The notes under the pieces: generated by a model | The model's database searches: none | What the model saw: only the letters and a program-made list of their open reading frames with translations | What the model was told of the DNA's origin: nothing | Made by a program: the position numbers and the translations under genes | Source of the DNA: an uncultured Clostridia bacterium | Lineage (GTDB): Bacteria; Bacillota; Clostridia; Christensenellales; UBA1242 | Length of the DNA: 64,000 bases | Direction: 5' to 3' | Assembly (NCBI GenBank): GCA_934772525.1 | Contig: CAKVMI010000001.1 | Location: forward strand, 54,613-118,612 | In this document: piece by piece, positions 8,803-16,651 of the stretch | How positions within the stretch are numbered: the first letter of the stretch is position 1 | How the letters are laid out: the number at the start of each line of letters is the position of its first letter

Positions 8803-10002
8803 ATGAACGATAAATTGAGAGAATTAGAGAAAGATACATTAGGCAAGTTGTCAGTAAGTGAACTTCGAGATATTGGCAGAAGTGTTGGTGTAAAGAGTCC
8901 GACAAATGCAACAAAAGAAGATTTGGTTGAAGATATATTGTCTATTGTATTAGGAGAAGATGATTCGCTTGGGGAAACTAGAGGTCGACCTACAGATAAG
9001 TTTTATAATTACACATGTGCGGCAGAACCCGATGTCGAAAGTATGAGTAGTGGTGTATTTGCAACTACAGATTTTTCCGAAGCTAAAATATGTGAGTTTT
9101 TAAACCATGGTATTGTGATAAACGAAGATGGTGAAAGATATGTTGTAAATTATGATATTGACCCAAAGTCGAGATTAAGACTGTGTGCAGAAGTTTCTAT
9201 AGAGTTAAAAACTGGAGATACGGTTTCGTTTTTACCGAGAGACGATGAAGCTATAGTTATAGAATACCTTGGTAGATTCTTGGTTGAAGAAGATAGAGTA
9301 GAGAATTTTGATAAACTAGAAATTATTTACCCTAATAAAAAATATAAAACGATTGAAGAAGTTGATTCATTAACTCCTATAGCGAAGGGTTCTAGAACAT
9401 TGATTTTTGACGATTCGGTTCTTTTAGATTCATTGCATTTTAAAATTATACAGAGTATAGCAAAAAGATTTGGGGCTCCTACAATTGTTGCGTTTTGCTA
9501 TGAAATTAGCGATGAAGATTTTTCAAAAATCGGTGAAAGTGCAGAAGTTAAGGTTAGAGTGTTTGGAGATGATAGCGAAGATTTAATAAACTTTAAGTTG
9601 AGCATTTTAAAGGAGTTTATTAAACGTAACGCAGAGTTTGGTTCAGATACAATTATATATTTCCCAGGGACAAGTTCTCTAAATAGGTCTACAAAAATTA
9701 GTAATATTGTTATTGATTGGTTGGTTGACTTTTTAAAAATTTCTGGAAGATACAGAAACGATGCAACTATTACAACTATAGTAAATTGTTCAAATAAGGT
9801 GTTGTTTGAAAATTTAACAAGTTATGCTACAAACCTTATAATGACGTCAGACGATGACGAATTGCGAATAGAACCTGAATTATCTGAAACAATGTTTAAA
9901 GAAGCATTTTTAACAATTAAAGAGATAGAAAAAATTGATTATGCTAAGAAAAACTGGAGTAAGATGAGCAAAAAAGAAAAACGCAATTTAATTTTGCGTT
10001 AA
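8803..10002 (+). CDS. Rho-like protein: Rho_N/SAP-like N-terminal domain plus a RecA-like core that lacks the Walker A motif (399 aa)
   Basis: N-terminal LSVSELRDIGRSVGVKSPTNATKEDLVEDIL. The central segment NFDKLEIIYPNKK...LTPIAKGSRTLIFDDS is collinear with Rho FxxLTPLYP...PIGKGQRGLIVAPPKAGKT, but no GKT P-loop is present. Confidence 0.5.
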   Translation: MNDKLRELEKDTLGKLSVSELRDIGRSVGVKSPTNATKEDLVEDILSIVLGEDDSLGETRGRPTDKFYNYTCAAEPDVESMSSGVFATTDFSEAKICEFLNHGIVINEDGERYVVNYDIDPKSRLRLCAEVSIELKTGDTVSFLPRDDEAIVIEYLGRFLVEEDRVENFDKLEIIYPNKKYKTIEEVDSLTPIAKGSRTLIFDDSVLLDSLHFKIIQSIAKRFGAPTIVAFCYEISDEDFSKIGESAEVKVRVFGDDSEDLINFKLSILKEFIKRNAEFGSDTIIYFPGTSSLNRSTKISNIVIDWLVDFLKISGRYRNDATITTIVNCSNKVLFENLTSYATNLIMTSDDDELRIEPELSETMFKEAFLTIKEIEKIDYAKKNWSKMSKKEKRNLILR

Positions 10003-10079
10003 ATAGTGAATAAAAAACAAGATTTGGAATATAATGAAACAATTAGAGCGGTTTAATTAAACTGCTCTTAATATATTGA

Positions 10080-10340
10080 TTATAGTAGAGCGTTTTCGAT
10101 AACTAAATTATCAAAATCTATACTCTCTACAAAATCACGTGGTAAAAACTTAATATTATTAAAGTTTTCATAAGTTGAGTAATGTGCATTTATTAGTACT
10201 GGAGTTGGTATATCCAACTGGTGACAAATTTCGCTGATATGCAAAAAGAATGTATCTCTAGAATACTGTTCTATAGATTCATAAATTAAATCTTTTTTTA
10301 TTTTATGGTCTACCATAACTTTTGCCCATAGCCTAATCAT
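10080..10340 (-). CDS. Hypothetical small protein (86 aa from the internal ATG)
   Basis: Only an ORF plus a GAGGT RBS-like element upstream of the ATG at 10340. No recognisable motifs. Confidence 0.3.
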   Translation of the reverse strand: MIRLWAKVMVDHKIKKDLIYESIEQYSRDTFFLHISEICHQLDIPTPVLINAHYSTYENFNNIKFLPRDFVESIDFDNLVIENALL

Positions 10341-10512
10341 GTTGCAACATACCTCAATTAATTTAGTAAGTAGTAGTTTACCACAATACACATTTCTATG
10401 CAATAAAATTTTTATGAAACGAGATTTTTTTTGCTTGACTTATTTTAAAAGTAATAATATAATAGCAAATCGTAATTTCGACATAAGTTTTTAAATTAAG
10501 GAGGATGATATT

Positions 10513-10989
10513 ATGGCAGAAATGTTCTTAACTAAAGAAGGCTATCATGAAAAAGAAAAATATTTAGACTATTTAAAAACAACAAGACGACAAGAAGTAG
10601 TCGAAAAATTAAAAGCGGCTAGAGAATTTGGCGATTTGAGTGAAAATAGTGAATATGATGCTGCTCGTGATGACCAAAGGAAGTTAGAGGCAGAGATTGA
10701 GAAAATAGAAGAAACTTTAAGACTTGCAAAAATAGTAGATGTTAAAGACGTTGATACTAGCGTTGTTGGCGTTGGAACACGTGTTAAACTCTATGATGAA
10801 GAGTTTGATGAAGAAGTCGAATATTCAATTGTTGGGTCACTTGAATGTAATCCTAATAAGGGTCTTATAAGTAATGAATCTCCTATGGGAAAATCACTTA
10901 TAGGCAAGAAAAAGGGTGACATTGTAGATGTTTCTGCTCCCGGTGGAACAATCAAAATGAAAATTTTAAATATTTGTGCTGCTAAGTAA
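10513..10989 (+). CDS. greA: Transcription elongation factor GreA
   Basis: LTKEGYHEKEKYLDYLK...AREFGDLSENSEYDAARDDQ coiled-coil region. Strong AAGGAGG RBS. Confidence 0.9.
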   Translation: MAEMFLTKEGYHEKEKYLDYLKTTRRQEVVEKLKAAREFGDLSENSEYDAARDDQRKLEAEIEKIEETLRLAKIVDVKDVDTSVVGVGTRVKLYDEEFDEEVEYSIVGSLECNPNKGLISNESPMGKSLIGKKKGDIVDVSAPGGTIKMKILNICAAK

Positions 10990-10996
10990 AAATTTA

Positions 10997-11033
10997 ACCT
11001 ATAAAAGAACAAAATTCTTTTGTAGGTTTTTTT
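10997..11033 (+). terminator. Terminator after greA
   Basis: Stem ACCTATAAAAGAA / TTCTTTTGTAGGT followed by a T-run. Confidence 0.75.
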
Positions 11034-11086
11034 ATGAATAGACTTTTTGTATTAAATTTTCTATATTTACTAATACTATCAGTATT

Positions 11087-11452
11087 ATGAATAAGTGGAA
11101 GTTTATATTTTTTTCTATAATAATTGGTCTTTTGGTAGGGTTTGCAAATGGCTTTATGGGGGCTGGTGGCGGAATGCTTTTAGTGCCATTACTTACTATT
11201 CTTTTTAAAATGGATACGAAACTTACGCATACTACTGCAGTGTTTGTAATTTTGCCAATTTGTTTAATAAGTGGAATTACCTATATCGTAAAAGGTGTGG
11301 TAGATTATAAAATACTTTTACCTGTTGCTATTGGAACGTGTGCTGGGGGAATAATAGGGACATTTGCATTAAAGAAAATAAGTGCTGAGTGGTTGAGTTA
11401 TATATTTTACGGAGTTATGATTTTTTCGGGAATTTGGATGCTAATAAAATAA
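11087..11452 (+). CDS. Half-size TSUP (TauE/SafE) family membrane protein, 4 TM
   Basis: GAGGGMLLVPLL motif; 121 aa. Confidence 0.6.
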   Translation: MNKWKFIFFSIIIGLLVGFANGFMGAGGGMLLVPLLTILFKMDTKLTHTTAVFVILPICLISGITYIVKGVVDYKILLPVAIGTCAGGIIGTFALKKISAEWLSYIFYGVMIFSGIWMLIK

Positions 11453-11466
11453 ATTTAGGAGTAAAG

Positions 11467-11871
11467 ATGGAGTTTTTATATTATCTTCTTATAAGTATTG
11501 TTTCGGGGGTTTTAGCTGGTATGGGAATGGGCGGTGGAACCTTATTAATACCGGCACTAACCTTAATTATGAATGTAGATCAGCAAATTGCTCAAGCAAC
11601 TAATTTGCTGGTTTTTGTACCTTGTTCAATTGTTTGTTGTATCATTTATTTCAAAAGCAAATTGATAGATTTTAAAAGTAGTTGGCTTATAGCGGTGGTG
11701 GCGTCATTGGTTTCAGTGGTGGCGGTTCTAGTTGCTGTAAAACTAAAAAATAAAACGCTTTCTATTATCTTTGGTATATTTTTGATTGTGCTTGGGGTTG
11801 TACAGTTTATTATAACACTTGTAAAGTCTACTAAAAACAATACTGGGTATATAAAAAGAAAAGAAATTTGA
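11467..11871 (+). CDS. Second half-size TSUP (TauE/SafE) family membrane protein
   Basis: GMGGGTLLIPAL motif. Start set at the ATG at 11467 after an AGGAG RBS. Confidence 0.6.
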   Translation: MEFLYYLLISIVSGVLAGMGMGGGTLLIPALTLIMNVDQQIAQATNLLVFVPCSIVCCIIYFKSKLIDFKSSWLIAVVASLVSVVAVLVAVKLKNKTLSIIFGIFLIVLGVVQFIITLVKSTKNNTGYIKRKEI

Positions 11872-11996
11872 TAAAATGAATTCATTCAAAATAAAACACA
11901 TTTCGTGTAAAATAGACCAAAATTATTAGACAATCCAAAATTTTTTTGATATTATTATATTGATTAGAAAACTAATTAAAAGGTGCGTAAGTTATA

Positions 11997-13319
11997 ATGA
12001 ATATAAAATCGTACAAATACACAAAAGGGGTGGACTTACCAAAAGTAAATCCGTATAACGAAAGAAGCGAGGTTGTCACACTAGGTGCGCCAGCAATAAT
12101 TGCTGTGCCTGTAAAACAATTTAAGGGTGCAGAAGCGGTTATTATGGTAGAAGAAGGTGAAAGGGTGGAAATGGGTTCTGTACTTGCAAAGGGTAGAACT
12201 TGTACTATTTATTCGCCTTGTGCTGGTACTGTTTTGGGATTTGAGAAACGACCTTCTGTTTATGGTGGGTCGTGTTTGCATATTATAATCGAAAGAGTCG
12301 AGAGTAATATAGTTAAGCGTCTTCCAGAACTTGATATGGAGCAACTCACCCCAGAAATTATTATTAAAAGAATTTTTGATGCTGGTATTGTAAATAACGA
12401 TGGCGTTCCTTTGTATCAAAAATTAATTTTAAAGGATGAAGACAAGCCCGTTGAATTGGTTGTAAATGGTGCAACCGATGAACTTTTTATGTCCACTAAT
12501 GTTACCTTATTAAATACCTTACCAGTTGAGATTATTAGCGGTGCAATTTATCTTGCAAACTGTATAAGAGTAACTAAAATCAAAATTGTAGTTACCGAAG
12601 GCCAAGAGAAAAAACTATCACCATTTATAGATACTTTAAAAGAGTACGATGGTGAATTTTCTATAGAACTTGCAACTGTTTCGGATAAATATCCTGTTGG
12701 AGATGAAAGAGAAGTTGTTGTTGCTTTAACTGGTGGAAAAGAAATTAGCGGTGGTAAAAATGCTATGCAATATGGTATGGCTGTTGTAGACCTTGCATGT
12801 TGCTATTCAGTGTTTGAAGCTATTAGTGAAGGTGTACAAGATACCCGTAGATTAATTACTATTTTAGGCGTTGGAGATGGCGGAAAGGAAAGTGTTAATG
12901 CTTGGGTGATGGTAGGAACCCCATTAGATTATATTTTAAATGCATTTAGACCAAACGATGGTGCAAACGTTCGAAAGATTGTTGCTGGTGGACTAATGCG
13001 TGGTGTTGCAGTAGCGGGTCTTGAAAGTGCAACTACTAAAACGCTTAAAGGAATTGTATTTATAAACGAAGCGGAAGCTACCGAACTTCCAGAATTAGAC
13101 TGTATCGGTTGTGGTAGATGTGCGGAGGTTTGTCCAAGACGTTTACTTCCAAGGCAAATTGAACAATACGTAATAGATGAAGATTTTGTTGCTTGCAAGA
13201 AATTTGGTGCTGAATATTGTACAAGATGTGGTGCGTGTGGATTTATCTGCCCATCCAGAAGAAGATTGGTTCAACGAATTGTGTTTGGGGCTCAAACTAT
13301 TAAGGATAAGGGGGTATAA
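11997..13319 (+). CDS. rnfC: RnfC-like subunit (two [4Fe-4S] motifs retained, glycine-rich flavin/NADH loop not recognisable)
   Basis: Collinear with RnfC: YPVGDER, AGGLMRG, CIGCGRCAEVCP and CTRCGACGFICP. The expected GxGGAxFP and NGAECEPY positions read NNDGVPLY and NGATDELF. Confidence 0.65.
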   Translation: MNIKSYKYTKGVDLPKVNPYNERSEVVTLGAPAIIAVPVKQFKGAEAVIMVEEGERVEMGSVLAKGRTCTIYSPCAGTVLGFEKRPSVYGGSCLHIIIERVESNIVKRLPELDMEQLTPEIIIKRIFDAGIVNNDGVPLYQKLILKDEDKPVELVVNGATDELFMSTNVTLLNTLPVEIISGAIYLANCIRVTKIKIVVTEGQEKKLSPFIDTLKEYDGEFSIELATVSDKYPVGDEREVVVALTGGKEISGGKNAMQYGMAVVDLACCYSVFEAISEGVQDTRRLITILGVGDGGKESVNAWVMVGTPLDYILNAFRPNDGANVRKIVAGGLMRGVAVAGLESATTKTLKGIVFINEAEATELPELDCIGCGRCAEVCPRRLLPRQIEQYVIDEDFVACKKFGAEYCTRCGACGFICPSRRRLVQRIVFGAQTIKDKGV

Positions 13320-13325
13320 AAGTTA

Positions 13326-14255
13326 ATGGAAAATAATAATATTGTTTCATTCTCCCCACATATAAAGGGCGGAGAAAGTATAAAAAGAATATATATAAAT
13401 CTATCTATCGCACTTGCTCCTGCATTATTGTTTGGATTTGTAATTTACGGAATAAATGCAATTTTGATAACACTTATTTGTGCCATTACTACAATGGGTT
13501 ATGACATAATCTATAATTTAATCAAAACTAAAAAGTTTGATATAACAGATTGGTCAACTTTGTTTACAGCGCTAACAATTGCCGCTACAATGCCAGCTGG
13601 AGTTCCTTGTTGGTATCCAATAGTAGGTTGTATTGTCGCAGAATTTGTGATTAAGAGATTGTCGGGTGGGAAAAATAAATGTTTTGTAAATCCGACAGCC
13701 GTTGCAACTATTGTAACAATTATAGGATTTTCGGGAGCGTTACTTTGCTATACAACGGCGTTTAAGCATGTTAAAACTGGAGAAAGTTTGATTGCAATTT
13801 TACATAATGGTGGATTGCCAGATGGCGGAATAATGAAAGTAATATTTGGCTTAACTGTTGGTGGTATTGGTGAAGTTGCTGTATTATTTTTATTGATTGG
13901 TGGAATTTATCTTTGCATAGTAAAAATAATTGATTATAAAGTTCCAGTAATTTATCTTGCGACTGTGCTAGTTTTTTCTATGATATTTTTTGGGATAGAA
14001 AAAGGTTTTTATTGTATATTTGCTGGCGGTGCCGTTCTTTGTGCGTTCTTTTTGCTTACCGATTTTGCAGTTTGTCCAAAATCGCTACTTGAAAAATGTG
14101 TATATTCGGTACTTGCAGGTGTTATAACCGTCCTTATGTGGAAATATGCAAAAAATTATGCTATGGGTGCATATTATGCAACTATGATTGTAACTGTAGT
14201 AGCAAGTGCAACTCGTGGATTATATAGACCTAAAATTACAGGAGAGATTAAATAA
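13326..14255 (+). CDS. rnfD: RnfD-like membrane subunit
   Basis: FSPH, SGGKNKCFVNPTA, GGIGEVA and FLLTD align with RnfD/NqrB motifs. The flavinylation site reads TGES instead of SGAT. Confidence 0.65.
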   Translation: MENNNIVSFSPHIKGGESIKRIYINLSIALAPALLFGFVIYGINAILITLICAITTMGYDIIYNLIKTKKFDITDWSTLFTALTIAATMPAGVPCWYPIVGCIVAEFVIKRLSGGKNKCFVNPTAVATIVTIIGFSGALLCYTTAFKHVKTGESLIAILHNGGLPDGGIMKVIFGLTVGGIGEVAVLFLLIGGIYLCIVKIIDYKVPVIYLATVLVFSMIFFGIEKGFYCIFAGGAVLCAFFLLTDFAVCPKSLLEKCVYSVLAGVITVLMWKYAKNYAMGAYYATMIVTVVASATRGLYRPKITGEIK

Positions 14256-14431
14256 TGAAAAATAAGAAGGTTTTATCTGCATTTTTGTGCTTAATGTTTT
14301 TTGCGGTGCTTTGTATATCAATTATGCTTATAACGAATATTGCATTCAATAAAGATTCAAGTTCAGATTTTTTTAGCAGATATCAAACATTTGAGTTTGG
14401 ACAAAGCATAGAGGAGGGTTTAAATGGTTAA
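14255..14431 (+). CDS. 58-aa single-TM stub in the RnfG position (no FMN-binding domain)
   Basis: Translated by hand: MKNKKVLSAFLCLMFFAVLCISIMLITNIAFNKDSSSDFFSRYQTFEFGQSIEEGLNG. Its ATG overlaps the rnfD stop (TAATG) and its stop overlaps the next gene. Too short to appear in the ORF track. Confidence 0.5.
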   Translation: MKNKKVLSAFLCLMFFAVLCISIMLITNIAFNKDSSSDFFSRYQTFEFGQSIEEGLNG

Positions 14432-15164
14432 ATATAATAGTCAAGCGTTAAGCCCAATAGCCTTTTATGGTATAGGGCTTGCTCCTATAGTTTTGCTATG
14501 TACATCGGCATTAGGAGCGTTAAAGTTTGGTGCGGTACTTATTGTTGCTATGGTTTTATGTAATTTGTTGTATTTTGCATTTAAACCTATTGTTGTAGAT
14601 AGTGTAAGAATACCTTGCTATGTATTGTTGATTATTGGTGTTGAATATTTGATAGATTCCATTCTTTCGGAGTTTGTGCCAAATAATACGGCAATTGTTA
14701 CAAATATGGTTTCTTATTTATTCTCTGCAACAGTTATTATTTATATGTTTGAAACTTCAAGTAAGGTAAAGGATGCTCGTCATTCGATGCTTGATTGCGT
14801 AATTATGGGCGGTGAGTACGCTTTATGTATGTTTGTAGTCGGTTTAGTTCGTGAAATTTTAGGCTTTGGCAGATTGTTTGGCGCAAATTTGTTTGGCGGT
14901 GGAATTGGTTTCTTTGCATCTAGTGCAGGGGCAGTGATGCTAGTATTAATTTATGCATATGTATACAATATCATATTTGCCAATATAAACAAGAAAAGAG
15001 TTGCTTATTCGGGCTTAGTAGATAGATATGAACTATTTTTGGAAGATAAGTTTATGGAACTTACTCCTATGAAGACTGCGGACGAAATAACTGTTTCAGA
15101 AAATGTAGCAAGTACAGAAGAGAAGCCAGAAGAAAGCAATACAAATGCAGAAGGAGATAAGTAA
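14424..15164 (+). CDS. rnfE: RnfE-like membrane subunit with an acidic C-terminal tail
   Basis: VRIP and VGLVREILGFGRLFG align with RnfE/NqrD. The canonical GLCP and TNC contexts read GLAP and SAT. Confidence 0.55.
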   Translation: MVKYNSQALSPIAFYGIGLAPIVLLCTSALGALKFGAVLIVAMVLCNLLYFAFKPIVVDSVRIPCYVLLIIGVEYLIDSILSEFVPNNTAIVTNMVSYLFSATVIIYMFETSSKVKDARHSMLDCVIMGGEYALCMFVVGLVREILGFGRLFGANLFGGGIGFFASSAGAVMLVLIYAYVYNIIFANINKKRVAYSGLVDRYELFLEDKFMELTPMKTADEITVSENVASTEEKPEESNTNAEGDK

Positions 15165-15165
15165 T

Positions 15166-15726
15166 ATGGATTACACGAGTTTTTTAGGTGTCTTGGTTGC
15201 TGGACTTCTTGCAAATAATTGTTTGGTTGGAAATTGTACCGGCATTGACGTAACCATGAATGAAACACGTTCGTACAAAAACGCGTCTATTTATAGTTTG
15301 GTACTATTTTGCGTGCAACTAGCATCGTCGCTTATACTTGCACTTTGTAAAATTATACTAACATACTTTGGTCTTGGCGGATTGTTGTTTTTGGTAGCTA
15401 TGGTTGTTGTTGCTTGTATGGTACAACTTGCTGAATTTGTTTGCACAAAGGTTTGTCCTGCATTTGTAAAACAATTTAAGTACTTTATTCCAATACTTGC
15501 TTGTACCGAAATGATGTATATGGTAGGTATTTTATCGGTTTCTATGAAGTTTGGTTATCAATTGCTTTATGTGATTTTTAACGGAATAGGAACATGGTTA
15601 GTTTTATTAACTATCGCTGGAATAAAGAAAAATTATACTCATAAAGATACTGCTGATAGGTATAGCGGTTTAACATTAAGCTTTTTAGTAGTTATGGTTC
15701 TTGCAATTATTTTTACCGCTTTTTAG
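15166..15726 (+). CDS. rnfA: RnfA-like membrane subunit
   Basis: 6-TM protein of about 186 aa in the RnfA position. The N-terminal NN...G motif region resembles RnfA/NqrE but is very divergent. Confidence 0.5.
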   Translation: MDYTSFLGVLVAGLLANNCLVGNCTGIDVTMNETRSYKNASIYSLVLFCVQLASSLILALCKIILTYFGLGGLLFLVAMVVVACMVQLAEFVCTKVCPAFVKQFKYFIPILACTEMMYMVGILSVSMKFGYQLLYVIFNGIGTWLVLLTIAGIKKNYTHKDTADRYSGLTLSFLVVMVLAIIFTAF

Positions 15727-15738
15727 GAGAAAAATGTT

Positions 15739-16560
15739 ATGAAAGTTATTCAATTGTTATTCTTTTTACTGGGCTTGCTTGGATTATTATCACTAATTTA
15801 CTTAGTGGTATATCTTTGCTTTATCAAGAAAAAGGATAGTGCTACAACTGACATTGTAAAAAAATCTATAGAAGGAAAACCAGATTGTAAAAAATGCGGA
15901 ACTAATTGTGCAAAGTTCGCAGAAGGTCTAAAAAATGGCGAGTACGACTTGAGCGATTGTCCTAATCTTTCTACAGATAAAAAGGACGAATTGAAAGAAT
16001 TACTTGAATTGAATGCCGAAACGAGTGGGGATAAAGTTGCGTATGTTTTTTGTAAGGGTGGAAATCGTGCAAGCGAGGACTTCCATTATGAAGGAGTGCA
16101 GACTTGTGCATATATGAACCGAATGTACAATGGCGTAAAGAATTGTAAGTATGCATGTCTTGGTTGTATGGACTGTGCAAAGGTTTGTCCTACTATGGCA
16201 ATATTTAAAAATGAGATGGGTGTTGCAGAAGTGGATCGTAGTATGTGTATAGGTTGTGGTGCGTGTACAAAAGTTTGCCCAGATAAATTAATTAAGATGA
16301 TACCTCTAGATCAAGAAGTTGTAACGGCTTGTAAATATTGTGTCAATAATCAAGTTAATACCGAAATAAATAATGTTTGTTCGGTAGGCTGTAATAAGTG
16401 TGGTAACTGCGTATCGGTTTGCCCAACGGGTGCATTATCGTTTGCTGACGATAGTACGATTCTGTTTGATAAATCTAAGTGTACTAAGTGTATGGAATGT
16501 GTAAAAGCGTGTCCTAATGGCACAATTGTAAAGACTATGTCCGACTTAGACAAAATTTAA
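15739..16560 (+). CDS. rnfB: RnfB-like polyferredoxin subunit
   Basis: N-terminal TM helix, a CKKCGTNCAKFAE...DCP cluster, then several CxxCxxCxxxCP motifs (CLGCMDCAKVCP, CIGCGACTKVCP, CNKCGNCVSVCP, CTKCMECVKACP). Confidence 0.75.
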   Translation: MKVIQLLFFLLGLLGLLSLIYLVVYLCFIKKKDSATTDIVKKSIEGKPDCKKCGTNCAKFAEGLKNGEYDLSDCPNLSTDKKDELKELLELNAETSGDKVAYVFCKGGNRASEDFHYEGVQTCAYMNRMYNGVKNCKYACLGCMDCAKVCPTMAIFKNEMGVAEVDRSMCIGCGACTKVCPDKLIKMIPLDQEVVTACKYCVNNQVNTEINNVCSVGCNKCGNCVSVCPTGALSFADDSTILFDKSKCTKCMECVKACPNGTIVKTMSDLDKI

Positions 16561-16651
16561 AAAAATAAAAAAAACTATATACTTTTTGGTTCAAATATGT
16601 TATAATAAATGCGTTAAATAGGGGGACTCTACTTTTTTTAGGAGAATGATT

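Noticed and set aside
8528-8914. 128-aa minus-strand ORF spanning rpmA, its terminator and the start of the Rho-like gene.
   Set aside because: It crosses a terminator and two supported + strand genes, so it is a shadow ORF.
11997-16560. Considered Na+-NQR (nqrA-F) instead of Rnf for the six-gene membrane complex.
   Set aside because: The first subunit carries two 4Fe-4S motifs, which NqrA lacks. The last is a polyferredoxin with an RnfB-type N-terminal cluster rather than an NqrF 2Fe-2S/FAD protein. The order C-D-(G)-E-A-B is the clostridial rnf order.
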